From Candidatus Heimdallarchaeota archaeon B3_Heim (GTDB lineage Archaea > Asgardarchaeota > Heimdallarchaeia > Hodarchaeales > Hodarchaeaceae), in NCBI GenBank assembly GCA_003144275.1, contig NJBF01000004.1, forward strand, positions 1 through 32,000: a stretch of DNA of 32,000 nucleotides, read 5' to 3'. The position numbers were made by a program, and so were the translations under genes. Numbering within the stretch: the first letter of the stretch is position 1; every line of letters begins with the position of its first letter. Below are positions 8,505-19,300 of the stretch, piece after piece. The notes below the pieces were generated by a model. The model was given only the letters and a program-made list of their open reading frames with translations, had not been told where the DNA came from and made no database searches.

Positions 8505-8750
8505 TTATTCTTCACGCAATAAGGTAGTATATTTTGTAACGGTATTGATTGAGCGGACAAACCCCTCAGCATCAATGAAGAGAATTCGTACATGGGAGGG
8601 ATCCATATCGATTCCGTGTGTATCCACGAAGATGTCTAGACCAGTGAGATCAGGTTGTAATTCAGAGACAGGTACAGACAACGCAAATGTCTTATTACAT
8701 GCAGTACAGGGTTCTGTTCGCAGGCGTAGATTATCTGACATAGATTTCAT
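8505..8750 (-). CDS. Small putative Zn-binding protein (C15-x2-C18...H45...H53), last gene of the receptor operon
   Basis: CTAC, DTH and HVRILFIDAEGFVRS. ATGA overlap with the stop of the 993-aa gene; AAGGA upstream. Confidence 0.75.
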   Translation of the reverse strand: MKSMSDNLRLRTEPCTACNKTFALSVPVSELQPDLTGLDIFVDTHGIDMDPSHVRILFIDAEGFVRSINTVTKYTTLLREE

Positions 8751-11728
8751 TCCTTATCACTATCATCAAGAAATTCGGATTCAAAATCACCCATTATACT
8801 ATCGGTTACATCATCCATATCTGTTTCAATTTCCTCTAAAATCTCCACAGTTCCAGAGATAAACAGACGGAATTCTTGAATCTTTTGATTGATGATTTCT
8901 TTGTCTTCACCAGCAATAATATAGTTCTTAATATCTTGCATGCCTTCTTTGATTTCTTCTTGGAAGTTATGTGAGACTTCAGTCCACTTTTCACGCATCA
9001 GAAGCATCATAAACAAGACTCCCTGCCGAGGGGTTTCAGGAGTATGTTCTAACGATAATGTAGACACCCACTTTTGAGGTAAACTCGCAACAGGATAGGC
9101 AAAAGTAATTGCTGAACAGCTAATTTCTTCAATGGTAAAGTCAACATAGGTGACCATATCTTCAGCCCGAGTTTGCATGACGAAATCCACAGTATTATTG
9201 GCTCTATCAACTAGTTCTTTCAAATATTGATAGAAATGCCCAATCAGGGAAGGCTCCCAAAGGAGGGTACTGGTGATTCCTTCACCTTGACCATAGGCTG
9301 CCACAAAACCAAACATAGCCTCTTCCCCGAGGTACGCTAGACGTTCGCCACCTCTTAATGCAACGTCGAAGCGTCTTCTACGTACAGTTCGCAATCTCCG
9401 TCTTTGAGTAATTTTAATTGCAGCAAATAATGAAATTATGATGGTAGTGATTATAGTTTCTGTTATAAACAGGCCTATTGCTGTGCTGACAAAAATACGA
9501 GTAATATGAGCATCTATAGGTCGGTTTTCTGAACTAATACTGTTACCATCATTATCTATGGCATTAATTCGAAATTCAATTCGTTCACCCCCAATTACAC
9601 TAGTTGAAAGACGGATGAAGTAAATTCCACCATCTTCATCAAGATCAAGAGTAATCGGTTCACCCCAGCCAGATCCCTTTCTCTTTTCTAATGTAACTTC
9701 AGCTATCCCGCTACCTCCATCGACCGCTTGAACCCAAATATTCAATTGACCTGGGATAGAATATTTAGATTCCCTGATCTGTACTTTGGGAGCAACAGTG
9801 TCCTCAAGCACAATAATTTGGGTTGCACTATTCGTATTTCCTTGTTTATCAAGGACAGTTACATTGATGGAATAAGTGTTTAGATCTCCATAGGTATAGG
9901 GTAATTTTAACGCTCCACCTGGGGTGGAAGGGGTTGATCGAACTTCAAATAACCCAGTTAAACTATTTCGACTTAATTGAACGCTTGAATAATCAATCAA
10001 TCCTGATCCATCAGGATCATTTGTTATAACAAGAGATCCGTTAGCAAATCTAGCAGCCAGAAAAACTCTATCTATATCCCCAAAAGGGTCTGTGGCAGAA
10101 GTAGTAACAAAAACATGGCCTTCCTCAATGGTACTGGGGATAATTTGATTGATCTGTATTTCTGGTATCACAATATCCATTGATGAAATAGTGGAAAACC
10201 CTGAATAGGATTTCGAATTTCCCTGGGTATCACTAAGGAGGATATTAAATTGAAGATTACTTTCATATCCTACCTCTAATTTCACCTGAAATAGCGTCAC
10301 ATTTCCCATTGTAGATTTGTTAGTCATAGGTACTGATTGAGATTGTAAACCATTAAGAGTGTAGTTTAATATTGCTTCCTCAACACCAAAACCCCAATCA
10401 CTAGCATTAATGCTTAATATGACAGTACCATTGCCAAAAAAGTGAACAAAATCAGCATTAGTAGGATCTAATTCACTGATGATTACGGGAGGAGTATAAT
10501 CCCCTATTGTCTCCGAATATACCCCTGTGGTGAAAGAATTCCCTGTACCATCGAAGATGACAAATTTGTAGGATAATATATCACTGACATTAACACCAAC
10601 ACTTTTTTGCCAATAAGTCTGATTATATCCCGCGGAGGTAATATTGGTATTTATTTGATATTCCAAACTTGTATTTGTTTGAATATTGACTGAACCAGAA
10701 CGATTATAGAAAACTGTAACGTTTTTTATTGAACTTTCCCACGTACCCTCACTGAAATGAGCCCAGAAATTATACATGGAAACATCAGCGGTTCTTTGCA
10801 ACCCCACGTCTGTAGGTTCAGGTGGACTGTTGTCTGTGACATCAGTTATCCCTATGATTTCAATATCATCAAACCACACATCAAAATACTCATTCCAGTA
10901 TTCACGAGTGTTTAAATAAGTCCCTAATTCTAATGTATAATTTGCAAGATCATTTCTAGGGACATGAAAACTCCCTGTAAAACTAAACCATTGTTCGTCA
11001 TAAATAACAGATGGACCTACACGGTAAAATACGGACCCATTCGGATTATGGAGAGTACTGGGATTTCCCAACCAGAAATAAGTTTGATCGTCAGGAAAAG
11101 CAATATTACAGCGAATTTCTTGATAATCAGGTGAACCTTCTATAACAACTCCCGGTACCAATTCTGAGAAATTATCAAACGCAGGGGGATCATAAACATC
11201 AAATCGCCATTTGAAACTTATATTTATTTGATCATAGTCTTGTGAAACAGGAAAATCAAGTTGCCAACCAGCTGAAATTCCTTCAGAAATATTTTCATTA
11301 AGTGTATCATTTAAATAACCCCCATTACCAATTCTAACAAACAATGATTCAGAATCAAAATCCTCATCAGTAGGATAGATCGTCCCATTTTCATAAAGAG
11401 TTGGATCTGATAAGACTAAGGGATCTGATCCAAGTGAATCATTCCAGATATTGTTGACAAAAGTGAAGGCCTCATTATCATTATCTATATTTTTTGATAA
11501 TATGTTTGTAACGTTATCTTGCTGAATAGAAAAACGAGAAACTTGATCTGATTGAGTGAAGAACGTATCTTCGGATACTGGTACATTTTTACCTATAGAT
11601 TCATCTGTTATTTCATGTACAAGGTGAGTCTGTAATGTAGGAGAGGTGTTCATGTGCATTGTCAAGATAATAACGTTAGTATTGAATAATAGTAGTAGTA
11701 AAACAATATTTAGTCTATATTTAGTCAT
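8747..11728 (-). CDS. Single-pass membrane protein: CBM-like domain, Ig-like stalk, TM, degenerate longin/uDENN-like cytoplasmic domain
   Basis: Signal-like IVLLLLLFN; VWFDDIEI-terminated beta domain; DxxGN/DTVAP Ig-like motifs; TM at ~9410-9485; poly-Arg; cytoplasmic domain aligns by eye with the two upstream paralogues (WEP, LVDRANNTVDFV, CSA, LLMREKW, FQEE). Confidence 0.85.
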   Translation of the reverse strand: MTKYRLNIVLLLLLFNTNVIILTMHMNTSPTLQTHLVHEITDESIGKNVPVSEDTFFTQSDQVSRFSIQQDNVTNILSKNIDNDNEAFTFVNNIWNDSLGSDPLVLSDPTLYENGTIYPTDEDFDSESLFVRIGNGGYLNDTLNENISEGISAGWQLDFPVSQDYDQINISFKWRFDVYDPPAFDNFSELVPGVVIEGSPDYQEIRCNIAFPDDQTYFWLGNPSTLHNPNGSVFYRVGPSVIYDEQWFSFTGSFHVPRNDLANYTLELGTYLNTREYWNEYFDVWFDDIEIIGITDVTDNSPPEPTDVGLQRTADVSMYNFWAHFSEGTWESSIKNVTVFYNRSGSVNIQTNTSLEYQINTNITSAGYNQTYWQKSVGVNVSDILSYKFVIFDGTGNSFTTGVYSETIGDYTPPVIISELDPTNADFVHFFGNGTVILSINASDWGFGVEEAILNYTLNGLQSQSVPMTNKSTMGNVTLFQVKLEVGYESNLQFNILLSDTQGNSKSYSGFSTISSMDIVIPEIQINQIIPSTIEEGHVFVTTSATDPFGDIDRVFLAARFANGSLVITNDPDGSGLIDYSSVQLSRNSLTGLFEVRSTPSTPGGALKLPYTYGDLNTYSINVTVLDKQGNTNSATQIIVLEDTVAPKVQIRESKYSIPGQLNIWVQAVDGGSGIAEVTLEKRKGSGWGEPITLDLDEDGGIYFIRLSTSVIGGERIEFRINAIDNDGNSISSENRPIDAHITRIFVSTAIGLFITETIITTIIISLFAAIKITQRRRLRTVRRRRFDVALRGGERLAYLGEEAMFGFVAAYGQGEGITSTLLWEPSLIGHFYQYLKELVDRANNTVDFVMQTRAEDMVTYVDFTIEEISCSAITFAYPVASLPQKWVSTLSLEHTPETPRQGVLFMMLLMREKWTEVSHNFQEEIKEGMQDIKNYIIAGEDKEIINQKIQEFRLFISGTVEILEEIETDMDDVTDSIMGDFESEFLDDSDKE

Positions 11729-14700
11729 TAGAATTCCTCCTGCATAACTTCGTCATAATTAATTCCAGCATATAATTTGTTGAAAGAGAGCATTAATCGT
11801 GATACATATTCACGTAATTCTCGTGCTTTTTTCCCTATCTCAATAGGATCTTTTTGTGTTTCAATCATGTCACGTATCTCCCGAAGCTTTTCAGTTAATT
11901 CGTCTTGGAAGACTAAGAGATTATCTCCCCATTCTTTCCTAAGTAAAAGGACAATTGTTAAATTTTCTTTTCCGCCACGAGCTTGTGGATTATCTATTGC
12001 AAATGAATAGCCTAAAGCCGTACACTCATAACTCCCAGTTGAGAAATCAAAAGTCCCAGTTCTTTCGGTTTCATCTATCCCAATAAATTCCAAAGTTGAA
12101 AACGCCTTGTCAGAAAGATCTAGCATAACTTGTTCTTGATCTTCAAGTAAGGCGGGTTCCCAAATCACAGGGACAGGTCCTTGAATCTGATCAAAGAAAT
12201 TAACAGTAACCCCAAGAGCGTATTCATCCATTTGAGTGAGAATGACTTCACGAGAAATCTTCTCACCCTCATCGAAGATTTTCTTCAAATCATATCCTTC
12301 GGTTCTAGAAGTAATTCTAATCCCTATAATGATTGCAGAAATTAAAATAATGGCTCCAAACAGTAAGACGTAGGGATGAAAAACAAGAGGGGGTAAGCTA
12401 CCGTCAACAGGTAGATTTAGTGACTCTAAATCACCTTGATCATAGATTTTCCAATTGCCCGTCTTATCAGCAAGTTTTATCTGAATACTATAAGACTTTG
12501 AGGAGACGAGATCGAAGAGGTCGAGCGGTAAGGTTGTAGTAGCATAATAGTAAATACTTTGATCTTGATCTACCCTACTTCCTTTACCAACTTGCTTAGT
12601 AAGATTTACCCATTGAAAAACTTGTGTACCTTCTAGATTAAAAATTCCTACTTGAACATACTCAACACCGAAGCCTAATTCATTTACTGTTACATTAATT
12701 GAGAGGATTCGATCAGTGTTTTGGGTTATTTTTATTGATTTAATTCGAGGAGCAACATGATCTTCTATAGTAACTTCAATAGTGCTATTCACATTATTCC
12801 CTGCATTATCAGCTATCAAAACTGTGAGCCTGTAAGTTTTCCCTACGGTCAACGTCCCGTTCCAATCAAATCGTAGCTCTGCTCTCTTATTCAGAAATTG
12901 TGGTGAGGCAGCTATTGTCATTAATGACGTAGTAGTAACATTCATTTCTATATCTGTTATTAAAATCCTAACATAACTCGTATTAATGCCAGACCAGATT
13001 TCATCTTGAATAAAAACAGAAATTACGACGTCTCCATCCGTTATGTTACTTAAATCGTCAATTTCATCAAGATTTAAGTAGAAAACTGAGATTTCAGTAC
13101 CAGCTTTCAAATTGAATTTGGGATCATATGGGTCATAATCTGCTCTGACAGTGAAAATTTCGGTAATTGTATTGGTCTTAAGTAGATCCCCAACAATATC
13201 TGGATACTGGTCTGGTTTCACCTGATCAGAAATCTCAAGAGAAAATGTAAGAGGGTCATCTTCATCGAAATCAAACTGAAAATAACTTAAACTCAACCCT
13301 TCGCTATTATTTATTTCTTGATTATACGTATATCTGATATAATAGCGATAGACACCCGATGGAAGAATGATGTATTCAATATCTCCAAGAAAATTGTAAA
13401 ATACATCAGGACGTTTATCAAACAGTACGACAGTATCCACACCACTTCCATTCCAAGCTTCCGTGTCATCAGATATATCTACGACAATTAAAATAGTTCC
13501 ATTTCCAAAGTCATATGTATAAAGCTCCACAACTTGTGGTGCTTTGTCGTCAATCCAATAAACAACTAGATCGCCTACTTTAGGATCCATGTCAATGTCT
13601 AACCATTGATACTGAATCTGTGCTTCTGAAAGGCTAGTATTAGTATCAATTATACTAGTTATAAGATAAGTATGATTATCGGGACCGAAGCTAAAATCTC
13701 TAAAGTGTGTCCACGATACGTTTTCCCTTAAAGTGCCATTATTTAGAAGAAGGGTGTAAGAAATAGAGCTAGGATTGACAATCTCATCACTAATTAAATA
13801 ATTATAAGTAACGTAAATATCTGACCATGTCCCATGTGAAGCTGTTATATTTGCTTTTAAGGTAAGTACAATCTTATCCCAAGATATTATTATACTATAG
13901 ACCTCGGTTGACACATAGAGGACATCAAAATCAATTTCCGTAGTAATTTCCATTACAGCGAAGTCCACCGTACCTCCATAATCTGTTAAATCACCATTCC
14001 AGACTGCAAATCCATTCACAAAACTAACAGAATAATTTTGCGCGGTTTGAAAAGCAAATACGAGTGCAGTTCCATTGAATGGAGATTGATCAAAGGAATG
14101 TCGGCCATAAATATATAAGGTTCCTTCTTCTCCGTAATTTACAAAGAATTTATCTACACCTATATTATCCCAATCTGATAAATTAGAATATTGAATATTT
14201 GAATAAACAAACTTTATTTCCTCCCAGATTAAATCAACTGAAACACTAGGATTTTCGATATCGATCACAGAGGAATTAGTAAACTTTGTAATTCCATAGG
14301 TGGAATCATCAATCTCTTTAATTCTATACCCGTAAATTCCAGTATCAAATTGAATCAAACCTGAATAAACACCAAAACCAGCCGTCATTGGTACTTCTGA
14401 CGCAATAAACCAAACATCATCTTCTACTACAATAATCTCATCAAAAGTAAGGTTTTCATCATGAGCCCAGGATGCACTCAAGAACACAGAAGTCTGATTT
14501 ACCGTGGATAGCCTTCTATCTAATTCCTCGGGAAACATATCGATTATCAGATACGTCCAAGTAATGATGAGGGTAAAATTCGCATCGCCAGCAGTTTTAT
14601 CCACAAATAGAGTCCCCTGAGGATCAAAAGCCGATCCACTTGTAATGATACAGTGAAAGGGGACAATGCTGGCATTCAGATGTGTATAATTTATGGTAAA

Positions 14701-16341
14701 TATTCCGTCTAAATCATCCCCGTTTGTACCATCAGTTAAATTGTACCAACTTTCGGTTCCGAACTTGTAAGAAACATTCCCTCCCATTGCAGAAGAACCA
14801 TCAGAGGCATAGAATACACCTAATTCTAAATTCCAAGATTCATTAACATCTACCCATAGAGCCTTTTGGCTAGGTAAAATATTACTCCCAGAATTTTCAT
14901 TATTATCAGTGTAAATATAATCAAAAACTAAGAGGTCCCAAAATATAGTCATATTAGAGGGTTTATTAATTTCTTGCGATGTTCTATGTCCACGGACGAA
15001 GAAAAGTAGGCTATAACCACTTGTAGGCGTGAGATCTGTTGCGGATAGTGCAATACTTCCGATTCCAAAGTCATTAGTTTCCTGATATAATAATGCTGTA
15101 GGATCTTCAGGCCTATTTGGATTCTGATATCCAATTGAATGTCTACGTGGTGAATTAGTACCTTGTTCAGAGTCAAAAACATGAAAAGTGACATTTAAGG
15201 TATCATTGACATTTAAACGGAATTTTATATTCTCTTGGGTTCCAGACACTAAGTCGTCATAGCTGATAGGAGGATAAGATTCAACAGTCAATTCTTCAAG
15301 GATAACATAATAGATAGTTCCCTTTGCAGTAAACTGAACGGTGGTATTATCTGTTATTCCTTCAACAGTAGTGACTGATACGATTAATTCATGATCACCC
15401 TCATTAAATTCTTGGGATACACTAACAGGCAGACTATAATTTAAGGTATATCTCCCCTCGGCAGTAGTGTTGGAAATAAATCCAGCAAAGGTAAGTTCAC
15501 CACTAGTTGTTGTTGATTTAACTATAGCTTTTGGATTCGAATTTGTGATATTAGGTAAAAAGTCTACAAAATAGAAGTTAGAATTAGTTGTATAGTTTTT
15601 AACCTGTATTTCAATAGTAAAAGGTTGCTCATTATCAAGCTTATTGTTAAATTCGGCAGCAGGTGAAACACTTAAAATATCAACCCTTACATCTCGCATG
15701 GGAAGAGATATTGAATCACTTGAAAGATGTCCCGAAACATTTGTGTACATGATAAGATCGTAAGAGCCTAGTTCCAGTGTTGTTAAGAATGAATTATTTA
15801 GAGTAAAAGTGAGGGAATATTGATCTATAAATGTACCATTCTCATCTTGCAGTTCAACCCAACCTCCAGACCAATCTGTGATCTTAAAATTACTACCATT
15901 GGTTATAATTAGGTTCTCAATATCCTCTGAACCGTTCACACCTATTGCACCTTCTATTGTGCAATTAAGTATAAATGTCATTGAGGTTGCATTCTTTTCC
16001 ATTGCCTCTGGAGATATTTTCGTAATGGTAAGGTCATCACTCGCACTAATTCCAAATCTTGGAGAGAAAAAGGGATTAGTATGAAACGCGTTTAAAGAAG
16101 AAAGATCAGATTCGTGATTATCAGTAATTTCAGAAGATGAAACGGATTCTTCGAGTTGAACAGAATTACTTGACATTAAACGGGGGAGAATTTTTGAGAC
16201 TGGATTTTCGTTCCGAAGTGAGGAATTTTCTGAAATACCCTGTTGGGGAGATATCACAGCAAAAACATTGAAAAGCAGAAGTAGCACTATTCCCAATGAG
16301 TACTCTCTCTTTTTTACCCTAGGCACAGCAAGTAACATCAT
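11728..16341 (-). CDS. Single-pass membrane protein: beta-rich ectodomain, TM, FLCN/SMCR8-like longin (uDENN) domain with ARG motif
   Basis: Signal-like IVLLLLFN; many N-x-S/T sequons; TM at ~12310-12375; cytoplasmic GVTVNFFDQIQGPVPVIWEP ... GYSFAIDNPQARGGKENLTIVLLL. Confidence 0.88.
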   Translation of the reverse strand: MMLLAVPRVKKREYSLGIVLLLLFNVFAVISPQQGISENSSLRNENPVSKILPRLMSSNSVQLEESVSSSEITDNHESDLSSLNAFHTNPFFSPRFGISASDDLTITKISPEAMEKNATSMTFILNCTIEGAIGVNGSEDIENLIITNGSNFKITDWSGGWVELQDENGTFIDQYSLTFTLNNSFLTTLELGSYDLIMYTNVSGHLSSDSISLPMRDVRVDILSVSPAAEFNNKLDNEQPFTIEIQVKNYTTNSNFYFVDFLPNITNSNPKAIVKSTTTSGELTFAGFISNTTAEGRYTLNYSLPVSVSQEFNEGDHELIVSVTTVEGITDNTTVQFTAKGTIYYVILEELTVESYPPISYDDLVSGTQENIKFRLNVNDTLNVTFHVFDSEQGTNSPRRHSIGYQNPNRPEDPTALLYQETNDFGIGSIALSATDLTPTSGYSLLFFVRGHRTSQEINKPSNMTIFWDLLVFDYIYTDNNENSGSNILPSQKALWVDVNESWNLELGVFYASDGSSAMGGNVSYKFGTESWYNLTDGTNGDDLDGIFTINYTHLNASIVPFHCIITSGSAFDPQGTLFVDKTAGDANFTLIITWTYLIIDMFPEELDRRLSTVNQTSVFLSASWAHDENLTFDEIIVVEDDVWFIASEVPMTAGFGVYSGLIQFDTGIYGYRIKEIDDSTYGITKFTNSSVIDIENPSVSVDLIWEEIKFVYSNIQYSNLSDWDNIGVDKFFVNYGEEGTLYIYGRHSFDQSPFNGTALVFAFQTAQNYSVSFVNGFAVWNGDLTDYGGTVDFAVMEITTEIDFDVLYVSTEVYSIIISWDKIVLTLKANITASHGTWSDIYVTYNYLISDEIVNPSSISYTLLLNNGTLRENVSWTHFRDFSFGPDNHTYLITSIIDTNTSLSEAQIQYQWLDIDMDPKVGDLVVYWIDDKAPQVVELYTYDFGNGTILIVVDISDDTEAWNGSGVDTVVLFDKRPDVFYNFLGDIEYIILPSGVYRYYIRYTYNQEINNSEGLSLSYFQFDFDEDDPLTFSLEISDQVKPDQYPDIVGDLLKTNTITEIFTVRADYDPYDPKFNLKAGTEISVFYLNLDEIDDLSNITDGDVVISVFIQDEIWSGINTSYVRILITDIEMNVTTTSLMTIAASPQFLNKRAELRFDWNGTLTVGKTYRLTVLIADNAGNNVNSTIEVTIEDHVAPRIKSIKITQNTDRILSINVTVNELGFGVEYVQVGIFNLEGTQVFQWVNLTKQVGKGSRVDQDQSIYYYATTTLPLDLFDLVSSKSYSIQIKLADKTGNWKIYDQGDLESLNLPVDGSLPPLVFHPYVLLFGAIILISAIIIGIRITSRTEGYDLKKIFDEGEKISREVILTQMDEYALGVTVNFFDQIQGPVPVIWEPALLEDQEQVMLDLSDKAFSTLEFIGIDETERTGTFDFSTGSYECTALGYSFAIDNPQARGGKENLTIVLLLRKEWGDNLLVFQDELTEKLREIRDMIETQKDPIEIGKKARELREYVSRLMLSFNKLYAGINYDEVMQEEF

Positions 16342-19300
16342 TCTATGAACTCCTTTTTATACTTCTTTCTGAAAACGATCATTGCTCTAGTTAAGAAATT
16401 ACGAGTAATTTCCATTTCTTTTTGTACCAGTTTTGAATCAGCATTTTCCTTCATAAGATGATGTATATGTTGTAAACGTTCAACTAATTCATTCATGAAT
16501 CTATTTATATTTTCCAGATTACCCCAAGGAGGCCTAACAACAAAACTAAGGGATAAATTTTCCTGACCTCCACGAGCTTCAGGATTGGCAACAGCAAACG
16601 CATATCCAAATACCGTACATTTATCAGCACCAACTTGGAACCGGAACGTAGCATGTTTATCATCCTCAGGATTAGATACAAATCCTAGAGTCGAAAATGA
16701 TCTGTCTGAAAGGCTAGCGAGCATTTTTTCAGATGAACGAAGCTTTTCGGGATAAACAATTATAGGTACAGGCCCTTTCGTTTGATCAAAGAAGCTAGCA
16801 ACTATACCGATTGAAACACTATCATTTTCTTCCCAAACTTCATTGTCTGATATATTCACCATTTCTGTCAAAACTTTTTTCTTATCAAATCCACTGATTG
16901 TCCTAAAGCGTTGAACCGTAATAAAACCAATACTGAACAGTATGGTAAAAATTAGGAGAATTACGATAGGATTATTAAGTAACTCCTCTGCACTTGACGG
17001 AATATTATATCCATCATCACTCAGTGATAATGAAGATAATTTCAATGTAGAATTTATTTCGCTATTGCTAATAATTCGAGTGTTTCCCTCTGAGTCAGAG
17101 AGAGATAACGAGAATAGAACAGATGTATCATCAATGAAGTTGGTAGGTATTGAAAAATCACCTAGAAATTTGGCATTATATCTAGAAGTTGTTTTTTGTA
17201 GAGAAGAACCACTTCCAACAGACAAGACTTTCGTTAAATCAATATATTTCCACTCCCCTCCAACATAATATCCTAATACTGCCTTGGAGATTTCTGATCC
17301 ATCATCTGCGGTTGCGATATTAATAGAGAATGAACCAAAACCTAGATAAGCGAAAGTACCACCTACTAATTTGGGACCAGCTCTATCAAGAATTTCAATA
17401 TCGTCAGTAATTATCTGAACATTTCCGACTATGTCGGAAATTCGAATTTCATACTCTAAGAGAGTTCCAACATCAAACACTGAACTAAAAGAATATTCAC
17501 GTCCCCTATCTACATTTCTATAACTCATCGAATAGAATTCAGACCAGTTTCCTGTAGATGGATCTTTAAAAGCTATAACTGCACCAGATAATCCAGACCA
17601 GATATCTGTTGAATTTACTGATACTGTAATTCTTCCATCTTGTGAACTAGAGAAATTTATGAACACAGGGTCATGAATAGGGGTAGCACTATCAGAATCA
17701 AGAAATTTTTCAAACACATGGCTAATTTCATTCCCTTGATTATCTTTCAGAGAAATCGTATAGGTAACGCTCTCATTAAACTTGAAATTATTTCTTGGGG
17801 TACTACTATCTGTAGTTAAACTACCATAGAACATTGGACCGGAGCTAGTATTATATTCTGTCAGGTATAGAGGATCTCCTGGTGGAAAACCAAAAAGAGT
17901 CAATTGAACAGTAATATTAGCTATGTCGCTACCGAAATAACTTTCTGGAGAGTCATCACTTGCGATAACAAGGAAACCTATGGATCCATTTCCCCAATCT
18001 AATAGCTCATGATAAACTAAAAGTGGATCAATATTATCTATCCATTCGATAGTAATTTTAGCCTTAGGTTGTTTCACAAGACCGCTAGAGAATGTACCTC
18101 TCAGATTTGTCTTGTAATCAACTGACCAATCAATATGATAAGTATGATTTAAAGCATGTATCTCGAAGTCGGTGAAGTAAAATTGAGTTCTATTTGACAA
18201 GAAAATCTGCCCATCTCGATACAAAGAATATTCAAAATGAGAGGAGTCAAGAGATTTACCATCTTTCTCATAGAAAATAGAGAGAGAGACATTCAATGAT
18301 TCACCAGGATAATAATCTAATTGATCAGGGATAAAATCAACAAGAATTCTATCCCATCTAATAATCAACCATCGACTACCAGATTCACTTAATACTAGAT
18401 ATCCTTGACGTTCTTTTGTACCATTCAGTCCATGCAAGTCCTCAAGAATTCCATTAACTAAAAATAAGGTATCTCCAGGTCTTGTTGTATATTCAGGAGC
18501 AATAGGAACGCTAACACTATCATTCCAATTCCTTGGATTGTAAAAAAGGGACGAAGAATTTGAAAAACTTCCATGTTGCATTTTAATTATTCCGTTGAAA
18601 GGGGTGTCGTCATAATCATAGTAAGCTACAATTTCAACAAATGCTGTTTCATTAACATTAAATCGTATATTGGATCCCCATGGTTGTGCAAATCCAATTT
18701 GGAAAATAACTTGATCCCAAATAATTTCGACTTGTATTTTGCCATCATCTGCTTCAAAGCTAGAGATTCCAAATCTAGGATCAATAAATTGGCTAATACT
18801 ATAAAATGCATTTTCAACAAGTCCATTAGAGATTAGATTAGGGAAGGAAACTTGATAGCCATCCCATTGGGAACTGGGGTAAGCTGTAGATATATTCTCA
18901 TTCAGAATAAATACTCTAACACCAGTCAAATCTAAGGTTGAATCGTGTGCATATCTTACAGATACATTAATAGTTGCTCCTGTTAAACGTGGAATTCTAT
19001 AATCTTCAGCCCATATATCAACTATAAATTTCGTCCAAATAGATGTATTTTGCGAGTAAGTTGCACTAGTCTGGTTAACAAACGAGAAAACCTCACCAGG
19101 ATAGTCAGGATAAGTAGAGTAATATCTATAATCGTACCCATCAGAAGTTGCTTCCTCTGTTGCTCTCACGGTTACTGTTGCTTTTACAACCTCACTAAAC
19201 TGAAACTGGAAATCGAGTTTTCCATCGGCAAAATTAGGAGCGGAAGGAGTATCAATTACAAATAGATTGCCAATAGTCGCTGTTCCATTGCTAAAGAAAA

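Noticed and set aside
8497-8862. Plus-strand 121-aa ORF
   Set aside because: Antisense to the coupled 81-aa and 993-aa genes.
16341-16370. KKxx-like retrieval signal at the giant's C-terminus
   Set aside because: The lysines are at -5/-6, not -3/-4, and there is no evidence for such sorting here.
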